NCBI GenBank assembly: GCA_963665095.1
Contig: OY762069.1
Span: 1,472,001 to 1,536,000 of the forward strand
Reading direction: 5' to 3'
DNA length: 64,000 bases
Origin: an uncultured Desulfobacter sp.
GTDB taxonomy: Bacteria > Desulfobacterota > Desulfobacteria > Desulfobacterales > Desulfobacteraceae
Shown here: one piece after another, positions 48,434 to 58,520 of the stretch
Layout: every line of letters begins with the position of its first letter
Position numbering within the stretch: the first letter of the stretch is position 1
Translations under genes and position numbers: made by a program
Notes under the pieces: generated by a model
What the model saw: only the letters and a program-made list of their open reading frames with translations
Database searches by the model: none
What the model was told of the DNA's origin: nothing

Positions 48434-50035
48434 ATGATGATGCATATAAATCCGACCACGACAGAAACAGATGAACTACCAATCATTCCCATTGTTGATA
48501 TTTTTGCCGGCCCGGGGGGGTTGGGAGAAGGTTTCTCCGCTTTTCAATACAAAAATAATAATATTTTTAAAATTGTGTTTTCCGTCGAGAAGGACTTTTT
48601 CGCACACCAGACTTTAATGTTGAGAAGCTTTTTAAGGAATTTTGGTAAAAACAAATTTCCTGATGAATACTACGCATTCATTAGAGGAGAAATATCACTT
48701 GAAGATTTATACTCAGCGTTTCCCAAAGAAAGTGATTTGGCCCAAGGTGAAGCCTGTCACGGGACTTTGGGTGAAATTGATCAGTCGAAATTGGACAATA
48801 AAATAACTAAGGCCATTAATGGGGTTAAAAACTGGGTGCTAATCGGAGGTCCGCCGTGCCAAGCCTACTCAACAGTCGGTAGGTCTCGAAATAAGGGTAA
48901 ACAAGAGTATGTCCCCGAAAAAGATGATAAGCATTTTTTATATAAGGAATACCTTAGAATAATTGCGCACAACTGGCCTGCTGTTTTTATAATGGAGAAT
49001 GTAAAGGGGATCTTATCTTCAAAAATAAAGGGGAATTTAATTTTTCCTCATATTTTGTCTGATTTGAAAGATCCTGCACGGGCATTTAATAATGGAACGG
49101 GAGAAAAACAATATAAATATAAAATTTTTTCTTTAGCAAAGCCTCCAGATAGTGGTAGTGTTCAAGGCTTTCCTGTGTATAAAAATGTCCAAGATTATAT
49201 CATAAAAAGTGAAGAATATGGGATTCCTCAAACAAGGCATAGAGTTATTCTGCTTGGCATAAGAGAAGACTGTTTTAAAGAGAATCCCTCTATCCTCAAA
49301 AAATCCAAGCCAGTTTCTGTAAAGAAAATTATAGGGGGGTTACCGAAGCTCCGGAGTGGATTTTCAAGGGGAAAAGATTCTGGAACTCGATGGCTTAACT
49401 GGCTGTCCAAAATTCCTGAAAATCCATGGGTTATAGAAAAATCAGGTAACGAACTCAATCAAAAAATCAGGAGACAAATTGTTACAGATGTAAAAAAAAT
49501 CAAACTACCTAAACACGGAAGGGGTGGTGAGTATATTCCTTGCCGTGTGGCAGTTGATTGTCTCCAGGATTGGTACCTGGATCCAAAAATAAAGGGCGTA
49601 TGTAACAGTACAACCAGGGGGCATATGGATACAGATCTTTATCGGTATTTTTATGCAGCATGTTTTTCAAAAGTTAAAAAGAACGCCCCTGTACTTTCAA
49701 AATTCCCCGACAGTCTGCTTCCAAATCATAAAAATGCCCAAAGACCCAGCAAGCACGGAAATTTTGCAGATCGTTTCAGAGTTCAGGTCAGTTCAAGACC
49801 CTCAACCACGATTATGAGCCATATTGCCAAGGATGGGCATTACTACATACATTATGACCCCAGACAATGCAGGAGTCTCACTGTAAGAGAGGCTGCAAGA
49901 CTACAGACTTTTCCAGATAATTATTTTTTTTGTGGTGCAAGAACTCAACAATACACACAGGTTGGCAATGCGGTCCCCCCATTTCTGGCCTGCCAAATTG
50001 CCGAAGTCGTATTTAAAGTGCTTTTTAAAAGATGA
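48434..50035 (+). CDS. dcm: DNA (cytosine-5)-methyltransferase
   Basis: Motifs I FAGPGG, IV GGPPCQ, VI ENV, VIII QTRHR, IX REAARLQTFP, X GNAVPP. Confidence 0.95.
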   Translation: MMMHINPTTTETDELPIIPIVDIFAGPGGLGEGFSAFQYKNNNIFKIVFSVEKDFFAHQTLMLRSFLRNFGKNKFPDEYYAFIRGEISLEDLYSAFPKESDLAQGEACHGTLGEIDQSKLDNKITKAINGVKNWVLIGGPPCQAYSTVGRSRNKGKQEYVPEKDDKHFLYKEYLRIIAHNWPAVFIMENVKGILSSKIKGNLIFPHILSDLKDPARAFNNGTGEKQYKYKIFSLAKPPDSGSVQGFPVYKNVQDYIIKSEEYGIPQTRHRVILLGIREDCFKENPSILKKSKPVSVKKIIGGLPKLRSGFSRGKDSGTRWLNWLSKIPENPWVIEKSGNELNQKIRRQIVTDVKKIKLPKHGRGGEYIPCRVAVDCLQDWYLDPKIKGVCNSTTRGHMDTDLYRYFYAACFSKVKKNAPVLSKFPDSLLPNHKNAQRPSKHGNFADRFRVQVSSRPSTTIMSHIAKDGHYYIHYDPRQCRSLTVREAARLQTFPDNYFFCGARTQQYTQVGNAVPPFLACQIAEVVFKVLFKR

Positions 50036-50460
50036 TGGCTGAAATGGATAACTTATCAAAAGAAAAACGCAGTTGGAATATGGCTCAAATTACAGCTGCA
50101 AATACAAAGCCGGAAATTAAAGTTCGATCCATTTTGCATAGAGCAGGTTTCCGTTTTCGGCTACATAGAAAAGACCTACCAGGAAGGCCTGATATTGTTC
50201 TGCCAAAATACAATACTGCTATTTTCGTACACGGATGCTTCTGGCACAGGCACTTCGGATGCAAATTTGCCTATTTCCCCAAATCCAGGATCGAATTCTG
50301 GAAGGAAAAATTTGAAAAGACGGTCAAAAGGGATGAATTCGTTCAAATAGAGTTAAAAAAAGCTGGTTGGCGGGTGATTGTCGTATGGGAATGTGAAATC
50401 AAATCGAATGACATTGAGTCAAAACTTAAATCATTAATATTGAATAGGGACGACAACTGA
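50032..50460 (+). CDS. vsr: Very-short-patch repair endonuclease
   Basis: RSWNM...NTKPE, LPGRPD, FVHGCFWH, VWEC. Confidence 0.95.
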   Translation: MMAEMDNLSKEKRSWNMAQITAANTKPEIKVRSILHRAGFRFRLHRKDLPGRPDIVLPKYNTAIFVHGCFWHRHFGCKFAYFPKSRIEFWKEKFEKTVKRDEFVQIELKKAGWRVIVVWECEIKSNDIESKLKSLILNRDDN

Positions 50461-52310
50461 CACTTTCACCGATACAAAATCAAATCGTTCAATCTCCTGC
50501 AGGAAATATGCTTCTTGTAAAAGCCGGGCCTGGTACAGGTAAAACCTACAGCCTGATTGAAAGAATAAAATATCTTGTGGAACATGAAAAGTTGGAACCG
50601 GCTGTTCAGCTTCTCATTCTAAGTTTTTCCGTTGCCGCCGCTCAGGAAATAAAAGGCAGACTTCAACAGGCTGTAGAAAAACAAAGCTTTGATGATGAAC
50701 TGTTATATGTAAATATTCGAACCTTCGACTCCTTTGCATCCGGCTTCATGTATAGCTGGGACCCTGATATAAAACTTGAAGATAAAAACTACGAATCCCG
50801 AATTAAAATGGCAACGGAGTTGATCAACAATGTGGAGGGAGCTGGAGCTCGTCTGAAAAGTTACAGGCATATCATGATTGACGAGATTCAAGATCTGGTT
50901 GGGCCCAGAGCCTTGTTCAGCCTATCAATTATTAAAACAGCAGAATGTGGGTTTACGCTATTTGGTGACCCTGCTCAATCAATTTATAATTTTTTAAGAA
51001 AAGACGATCAGGAAGGCCTTACTTCGGACGAGTTTATTCTTAATGTCAAAAAAGCGTATCCAAAAACAAATGAGATCAATCTTCTTAAAAATTACAGAGT
51101 CGGCGACAATATAGAACTTCGGAGTATCGCAGAAGGAGGGAGGCAAAAACTTCTGGCCTGCACTCCGAACGAAGCATATTTTTATTTAAAAAATATATTT
51201 TCTGATTTAAAAGATTTTGGGAACATTAACGATATAACCCTGCCCTCAGATTTGCATACTTCAAAAACCGCGGTGCTATGCAGGACAAATGGGCAGGCCC
51301 TTCTTGCCGCAGGGCAGTTTTTTAAAAAAAACGGAAGATTTTTTATAAAAAGATCGGAAGAAGAAGCCTGCATCCAACCATGGATTGGCCGTCTATTGTT
51401 TAACTGGCACAGCCAGGTGATTAAAAAACAGGAATTTATCAAGTCTCTTTCCGAACTTGGGCATTCATTTTTTGTACAAGCAGATTCAATTTGGTCAGAT
51501 TTGGTAAGGCTTACGAAAACCAATGGAAATGCTGTTTCAGCTGTCACATTAAGAAGGATTTTGCTTGAGGGCGACTGTTTTGCCATTGATGAGTTCAGTC
51601 CTGGGCCTGATGAAGTAATAATTTCATCCATTCACCGTTCCAAAGGCAGAGAGTTCGATAACGTTGTCCTTGTTGTAAAAGAAGATATAAGGGAAGAGGA
51701 TTTTCTTGATGAAGGCCGGGTACTGTTTGTTGGTTTGACCCGGGCACAAAAGCAGCTTTTCAAGTTATCAGAAAGAGGGGGTGCTGGGCTAAAAAAAGTT
51801 CGGGAACGGTGGATCCGTATCATGTCTAACAGACAGGGAAACCTTTTGTTAACAGCAATTGAACTTGGAATTTCTGGCGATATCGATATTCATTCGCCAG
51901 TCTGTTTAAAATTTTTTGATTATGATTTAGATGAAATAAAACAGGGGCAGACTGATATTTGGAGTAAAGTCAGACGGGGGAGCGCCGTCCGGCTGAAATA
52001 TTGGGAATGTCAAAACGGAATACCTGTTTATTCAGTGGAAGTGGAGATTGATCATAATTTTATTGCCCTTTCCTGGACAACGATACATTTCGGGAGTGAA
52101 ATTCGAAAAATCCTTCAGGAAATAACCCAAAGAGGAGTTATCAAAAAATTTCCTACCGAGATAACCGATGTCTGGGTGAAAGATATAGTTACTGAGGTGG
52201 GAAACTTAGGACATGAAGACATTCCCCGTTCTATTCTGATTTCAGGGGTGTGGCTTGGGATAAGGATTCAGGGGCTGGGAAACTGTAGAGAGTGGAGGGA
52301 GATGAATTGA
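50457..52310 (+). CDS. UvrD/REP-like SF1 helicase with a C-terminal extension
   Basis: AGPGTGKT, IDEIQD, GDPAQSIY, NYR, SIHRSKGREFD, VGLTRA. The Q-motif LSPIQ lies upstream of ATG 50508, implying a CTG start at 50457. Confidence 0.85.
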   Translation: MTLSPIQNQIVQSPAGNMLLVKAGPGTGKTYSLIERIKYLVEHEKLEPAVQLLILSFSVAAAQEIKGRLQQAVEKQSFDDELLYVNIRTFDSFASGFMYSWDPDIKLEDKNYESRIKMATELINNVEGAGARLKSYRHIMIDEIQDLVGPRALFSLSIIKTAECGFTLFGDPAQSIYNFLRKDDQEGLTSDEFILNVKKAYPKTNEINLLKNYRVGDNIELRSIAEGGRQKLLACTPNEAYFYLKNIFSDLKDFGNINDITLPSDLHTSKTAVLCRTNGQALLAAGQFFKKNGRFFIKRSEEEACIQPWIGRLLFNWHSQVIKKQEFIKSLSELGHSFFVQADSIWSDLVRLTKTNGNAVSAVTLRRILLEGDCFAIDEFSPGPDEVIISSIHRSKGREFDNVVLVVKEDIREEDFLDEGRVLFVGLTRAQKQLFKLSERGGAGLKKVRERWIRIMSNRQGNLLLTAIELGISGDIDIHSPVCLKFFDYDLDEIKQGQTDIWSKVRRGSAVRLKYWECQNGIPVYSVEVEIDHNFIALSWTTIHFGSEIRKILQEITQRGVIKKFPTEITDVWVKDIVTEVGNLGHEDIPRSILISGVWLGIRIQGLGNCREWREMN

Positions 52311-53993
52311 ATAATCATGTTAATGCAAGAAATGATTTGATCAATTACCTGAAACGGGATCAGTTTGGCCCTTATGGCGGTGAAGTAGAGGAATTACCTG
52401 AAAACCCACTTAGAAGATATATGGTCGGTATACTTCATCCTCAGGGCAGTACGTTCACAGAAGCAAAAAATGACGGCGGTGTAGGTGGAGAATCCGGTAC
52501 TAAAGCAGATGACACAGAAATGGGCCTGAGTATGAGTAACACTCTTGCGCCATCCAGTTTCGGGCTTAGTTTCGCCTGTTCTAATGAAATAGACGCAGTT
52601 GAGGTATACGTCTCTGCCGGTAAGTATTTGCCAGCAGAAATTAGTCACATGGAAGCTGACAGCTCTCCGGACGGAAATAAAACAGTAAAGTGGAAAAGAG
52701 AAGATATCCGATGGTCCGGCCCGATTTTTATTAACGAAGCTGGAGATCAGAAAAAGTTACTCTTTGGTGAATGTCTGACAATAAGAGCCAGAGTCCGATC
52801 TGTTGATAAATTCGGAAAAAGATCTGTGACTCTTTCTGTAGTTAATGAGCAAAAATGTTCAGCAGACAGCAGGCAAAAAGACCGTGCGTTACGCAGCTTT
52901 TTTCAGGTTGCGTTTGGAGCCGTCAGCCTTGATGAAAAATTTCCTTTTGTCAATCGAACAACCGGGATAACTGACTCTTCTGTTTCAGAAGAAAATGCCC
53001 TGCGTCTTATTTATAGAAATATTCATACTTATGCGGTTGGGCATGGCTGCTCTGCTGACTGGGAAAAAGATTCTGAAAAAGAAAGATGCCGAAGCGTTTT
53101 TTCAAGTTTTGTTCCAACACATACTGTTTACCCTATGATTCAACCCAAGGATTACGGCCTTCCAGAGTACAGTCTTAAAGAAATATCAGAGAGTTCACTC
53201 CCAGATCTCCAGAGTCTGTTATCAGTTATACCGGAAAGTTATTCGTATTGGATTGAAGATCTTGAAAAGCAGATTCCAGCTCTGGATAAAAACCTCCAGC
53301 CTCAGGCTAAGGAGCATATTCGATTGTGTTGTGAAGCCTCAAACCGGATTCGTAATGGAATAGATCTGCTGGGAGAAGATGAAATGGTATTTTCTGCTTT
53401 TATATTAATGCATAAAGCTATGTTGCAGCAGGTTGCAAGATCTCAATGGATCAAAAACAATTATCCGGAAGAAGGTCCTCAGTTAACTAATGAACATGCC
53501 TGGTATCCATTTCAGATTGCTTTTATTTTGCAGAATCTGCCATCGTTGGTAGATCCTGGTTCAGATGACAGGAATACAGTTGATTTGTTGTGGTTTCCTA
53601 CAGGCGGCGGAAAAACCGAAGCATATCTGGGGATTATTGCTTTTATGCTTTTTTTCAGGCGATTGAGAAGCCTTAAAAAAGGGGGAAATGGAGGCGGAAC
53701 ATCGGCACTGATGCGATATACACTTCGATTGCTTACAGTGGATCAGTTTTACAGGGCGGCTCTTCTGATATGTGCATGTGAAACAATTCGACAGGATGCT
53801 TCCGTTTCCATCGCGGGTACGGCACCGATAAGTATCGGGCTGTGGGTTGGATCCGAAGCATGCCCCAATACCCGAAAAGATGCACGGGAAAAACTTGAAG
53901 CTATTAAAAAAGGCCATGACGCAGGCGAATCAGGCGATCCCCTGAAGATTAAACAATGCCCGTGGTGCGGAACCGAAATAATCCCTTCAGATT

Positions 53994-55310
53994 CAGTAGT
54001 GTCCGGTTAGGTTGTTGCATATAAAAAACATCTAAAATTATTCAAAAAAACGTCATTTTTATGTTGACAAATGTGCGTATAAATTTTTGCGCGCCTTGAA
54101 AAATTTTATCAAGGAGCCCAAATGACGCGCATTTCAATTACCAAAGCCACAATACAGTCCCTGAATTTTGACAAGTTTCGTGACCCTCTGATAAGGTCGT
54201 TTCCACAAGCACCAGAATTGAAATCTCGAGGAGACCGACCGTTAAAAATGACATTCGAAGACCAGATAAATGCCCTGATTTATTTCCATCTGCAGGAACA
54301 CAAATCAGCCCGGCATTTAGTCCAAGATCTCAAGGAAAATATTTTTGCCAAAGAACATATTGCTCCGGAAGGCGGTATCAGCCGCAGTAGCTTTTGCGAA
54401 GCAGTCAACCACCGAGGGCTTGAACAACTGCAATTTTTGTTCGAAGACCTTTATAAACAGGCTGTTGGGTGTCTACCAAAGGAGCATGCTGAGTTGGGCG
54501 ATCTGGTATCCATTGACGGCAGTCTTATAAATGCTGTTCTTTCAATGCATTGGGCCAACTACAGGAAAGGAAGCAAGAAAGCCAAAGCACATTGCGGATT
54601 TGATATTAATCACGGCATTCCAAACAAAATATTTCTGACAGAGGGCAATGGAGCTGAGCGTCCTTTTGTTCCAAAGATACTTTCCAAAGGGCAAACCGGT
54701 GTCATGGATCGTGGTTATCAATCACATCACGATTTTGATCTGCTTCAGGCGCAGGGCAAGCATTTTGTTTGCCGTATAAAAGCCAAAACAACCAGAACGG
54801 TAATTGATACTCACGAAGTCAACGCTGACAGTTACATCTTTTATGACGCTCTGGTTCTTCTTGGCACTCCGAATCAAAACCAGACGAAAATGCCGGTTCG
54901 GGTTGTTGGCTATAAAATTGCCGGTGTGAAATACTATGTGGCAACGGACAGGCATGATTTAACAGCAGAACAAATAGCGACCGTTTATAAACTCCGGTGG
55001 ACCATTGAAGATTTTTTCAAATGGTGGAAAGAGCACCTGAAAGTTTACCACCTCATTGCCCGTAGTGAATATGGCCTCATGGTGCAAATCCTTAGTGGCC
55101 TCATCACGTACCTGTTGCTGGCAATCTATTGCCGAGACGAATTTAACGAGAAGGTTTCTGTTAAAAGGGTTCGACAGCTAAGAACAGCCATCTTGAATGA
55201 TCTGATCGAGCAGAACCAGGGTGTGACTGAGGGTTTAAACAGAGACAATATTGTCAAAGATCAAAAAATCACAAGTACAGCGCAAGCAAAAACCTAACCG
55301 GACACTACTG
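53994..55310 (+). mobile_element. IS4-family insertion sequence, 1317 bp, intact
   Basis: Perfect 20-bp IRs CAGTAGTGTCCGGTTAGGTT and 9-bp TSD CTTCAGATT (53985-53993, 55311-55319). Confidence 0.97.
54122..55297 (+). CDS. IS4-family transposase
   Basis: IDGS, MDRGY, YKLRWTIEDFFK.WK (YREK) motifs. Confidence 0.95.
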   Translation: MTRISITKATIQSLNFDKFRDPLIRSFPQAPELKSRGDRPLKMTFEDQINALIYFHLQEHKSARHLVQDLKENIFAKEHIAPEGGISRSSFCEAVNHRGLEQLQFLFEDLYKQAVGCLPKEHAELGDLVSIDGSLINAVLSMHWANYRKGSKKAKAHCGFDINHGIPNKIFLTEGNGAERPFVPKILSKGQTGVMDRGYQSHHDFDLLQAQGKHFVCRIKAKTTRTVIDTHEVNADSYIFYDALVLLGTPNQNQTKMPVRVVGYKIAGVKYYVATDRHDLTAEQIATVYKLRWTIEDFFKWWKEHLKVYHLIARSEYGLMVQILSGLITYLLLAIYCRDEFNEKVSVKRVRQLRTAILNDLIEQNQGVTEGLNRDNIVKDQKITSTAQAKT

Positions 55311-56783
55311 CTTCAGATTATGAAATTCCTGATAAAGTGAATCCCATGAGGATAAACTGTCCGAATTCAAAATGTAATTTTAATGAGGGCCTTCCCATCT
55401 GGCTGATAGATACGGATGTCTATCATTTTCGACCATCTTTGATAATTGGGACTGCTGATAAATTTGCCAGAATTCCATGGGTTAAAGAAGCCGGGAATAT
55501 TTTTGGATGTGACGGGAAATCAGAGCCCCCCGAGTTGATTATTCAGGACGAGCTCCATCTGATATCCGGGCCCTTGGGCACGCTTGCCGGCCTGTATGAA
55601 ACCGCTGTTGACAAGTTATGCTGTTCAAAAGACGGTTTCGGACCGAAGATAATTGCCTCAACTGCAACCATCCGCAATGCAGAAAGGCAGGTTAAAGACT
55701 TATTTTGCAGGAAAGTGGCCCAGTTTCCTCCTGCCGGACTTAATTACAATAATTCTTTTTTTGCCAAGGAGGACAGAAATGCCCCGGGAAGAATTTATGC
55801 CGGTGTTTTCACTCCAGGTACGAGCCCTACAACGGCCTTGGTAAGAACATTTGGTATTCTTCTGCACGGAGGGAAAAAAATTGAATACGATGATGGTGTC
55901 AGAGATGCTTACTGGACTTTGATGGGGTATTTTAACAGTTTGCGAGAACTTGGCGGGGCCAGTGTGCAGGTGGAAGACGATGTCAATGATTACCTCAAAG
56001 TCTGTGCAGAAAGGGACGGAGACAAGAATGATTACAGAATGGTTCAATATAAAAAAGAGCTGACAGGCAGAGTCCCTTCTGCTGAATTGGATGAGATTAG
56101 ACTGGGATTGTCAAACTCTTTTCCCGATGAAACCTGTTATGACGCAGTATTGGCAACAAATATGATTTCCGTCGGATTGGATGTCCCCCGTTTGGGGGTA
56201 ATGGCCGTTGTAGGGCAGCCTAAATCTACTTCGGAATATATACAGGCAACCAGCCGTATAGGCCGGCGTTTTCCCGGGCTCGTTGTTGTATTATACAACT
56301 GGACTAGATCTCGTGATAGATCTCACTATGAACGGTTTAATGCTTATCATTCGAAACTATACAGCGAAGTCGAGGCGACAAGCGTTACCCCTTTTTCTTC
56401 AAGAGCCAGGGACAGGGGGCTTCATGCCGTAGTGATAAGCCTTGTCCGGCACCTGATCCCCAGTATGAGGGATAATTCCGCTGCCGTGGAATTTAAAGGG
56501 AACTCTGACGCAGTTAAACAGATGGTAAAATATATTCTTGAGCGAGTGAACAATATAGATGACAAAGAAACATTTGATACAAAAAAAGCTCTGGAAGAAA
56601 TTCTTGATAAATGGGACAGACTCGCTCTTGACGGAGACCTTGAATATCAAAAAAAGGGAATAAAAGATGTCAGGTCTCTTATGATTCCAATAGAAAAAAT
56701 AAAATTAGACTCCAATTCATTTGGCACACTTAATTCACTGCGAAATATTGATCCGGCTGCAGGATTGAAACTGGAGGGGTAGC

Positions 56784-58499
56784 ATGAGTTCAATTGGAGA
56801 AATACAAAGAAGTCAGTTGATTACAACCTATGGGATTGGTTCTATTTATGATGCCCGTGACTATTCTGTTATCATTGCCTGCCAGGATGACTGGGAGATA
56901 AAGAATACAGAAATTATTTATGAAGAACGTCTCCAGAAAAAGCTTGGCAAGGAATATTTTAGACAGCCTGGTGTTATCGAAAATATTCCCACTATTCCTT
57001 CATATAGATTTCCGGAATGGGTTTTCTGTCCAAAATGTAAAAGTTTAAGACATATTCGCAAACTTAATGAAAGAAAACAAAAAAAGTGCGCTATATGCAA
57101 GGTAAACTATGTTCCTGCAAGGTTTATAATTGCTTGTGAAAATGGGCATTTGAGCGATTTCCCATGGGAATGGTGGGTTCATGAAGGAGAAATTTGCGAG
57201 ACTCCCAAGCTAAAAATTCATACGACCGGCAGCACAACTTCACTGGCAGGGATAAGTGTTAGCTGTGAGAATTGCCCAGCGTCCCGTACGCTTGAGGGGA
57301 TTTTTGGTCGATACGCATTAAAAGGATTCAAGTGTTTTGGAAAAAAACCATGGATGGGTCCTTATGAGAAAGGTGAAGAGTGTTCAGAATCGCCAAGGGT
57401 TCTACAGCGTGGTTCGGCCAGCGTTTATTATTCCCAGACGGAATCTGCCATCTCAATCCCCCCATACTCTGAAAGAATTCATGATTTTTTAAGGCAGTTT
57501 GATGACGACCTTGAATATATCCCGGAAAACTTATTAGAAAAATGGCTGGAAGGCAAGATGGAAAAAACCGGTGAACGGTTTGATATGGAAGCTTTGCTCA
57601 AAGCAGTAAAATTTAGAAAAGATCCGGATAAAAATAAAAATCAACATGACTCTGATTTACGGCAGGCTGAATACGAAGCGTTGTGCAATCCTGGGAAGAT
57701 GGATCCGGCAAATGAATTTGCTGCTGAACAGGGCAGTGTCCCAATAATGTACAAAGAACAAATTTCAAAAATTGTTCTGGTACATCGGCTGCGAGAAGTG
57801 AAGGTCTTAACAGGATTTAACCGAATCATCCCTGACAATGGTAAGACCGCTCCTATAAGTAAAAAAGAACAAAATTGGCTGCCTGCCGCCGAAATGAAAG
57901 GCGAGGGAATTTTTATAGAACTTGCGAGCCGCTCGATGGAGAAATGGGTTTCAAATTGTAGCTCTCAAATTTCAAACAGGATTAAAAAACTTGAAAAGAA
58001 TAGACAGACACTGCTTGAACATAACAAGGTTTGGACGGTTGAGCATACTGTTACACCTCAGTTTTTAATCCTGCATACATTGGCTCATATTCTTATCCAG
58101 CAGTTGATCCTTGACTGTGGATATTCCAGTTCTTCTCTGAGAGAACGGCTTTATTACAGCGATGGCAGAAAAGGGCAAAAAAAGATGAACGGTTTTTTGA
58201 TTTATACTGCTACTTCTGATTCAGAAGGAAGTTTAGGGGGGCTTGTTAGACAAGGAGAACTTTCCCGTTTTACAGCTGTTTTGAATAAATCCTTTGAAAA
58301 TGCGCGCTGGTGTTCAAGTGACCCACTGTGCATAGAATCAGAAGGACAGGGTAATAATTCGTTAAATCTTGCTGCATGCCATTCCTGCTGTCTTCTTCCG
58401 GAAACTTCATGTGAATATCGAAATTCTTACCTGGATCGTGGAGTAGTAGTCGGATTAGGAGACGCTTCAACACAAGGATTTTTCCCTGAAATTTTATAA
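56784..58499 (+). CDS. drmB: DISARM DrmB-like DUF1998 protein
   Basis: RSQLITTYGIG, ARFIIAC..GHL.DFPW, RLREV..L.GF.R, GEGIF, LHTLAH, SSLRER, EGSLGGL, CSSDPLC, AACHSC..LPETSCE. Confidence 0.92.
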   Translation: MSSIGEIQRSQLITTYGIGSIYDARDYSVIIACQDDWEIKNTEIIYEERLQKKLGKEYFRQPGVIENIPTIPSYRFPEWVFCPKCKSLRHIRKLNERKQKKCAICKVNYVPARFIIACENGHLSDFPWEWWVHEGEICETPKLKIHTTGSTTSLAGISVSCENCPASRTLEGIFGRYALKGFKCFGKKPWMGPYEKGEECSESPRVLQRGSASVYYSQTESAISIPPYSERIHDFLRQFDDDLEYIPENLLEKWLEGKMEKTGERFDMEALLKAVKFRKDPDKNKNQHDSDLRQAEYEALCNPGKMDPANEFAAEQGSVPIMYKEQISKIVLVHRLREVKVLTGFNRIIPDNGKTAPISKKEQNWLPAAEMKGEGIFIELASRSMEKWVSNCSSQISNRIKKLEKNRQTLLEHNKVWTVEHTVTPQFLILHTLAHILIQQLILDCGYSSSSLRERLYYSDGRKGQKKMNGFLIYTATSDSEGSLGGLVRQGELSRFTAVLNKSFENARWCSSDPLCIESEGQGNNSLNLAACHSCCLLPETSCEYRNSYLDRGVVVGLGDASTQGFFPEIL

Positions 58500-58520
58500 A
58501 CAAAATCGAAGGCTTTTAAA

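Larger units (their letters stand above)
52307..56782 (+). pseudogene. drmA: DISARM DrmA-like SF2 helicase interrupted by IS4 (reconstructed 1049 aa)
   Basis: YAVGHG, WYPFQIAF, FPTGGGKTEAY, MRYTLRLLT, CPWC | C....C, GTADKFA, QDELHL, STAT, YFNSLRELG, ATNMISVG.D, YIQATSRIGR, RDRSHYE; the halves join in frame across the TSD. Confidence 0.9.

Noticed and set aside
55337..56782. Separate 481-aa helicase gene
   Set aside because: C-terminal half of drmA; lacks Walker A and joins the upstream half in frame when the IS4 is removed.
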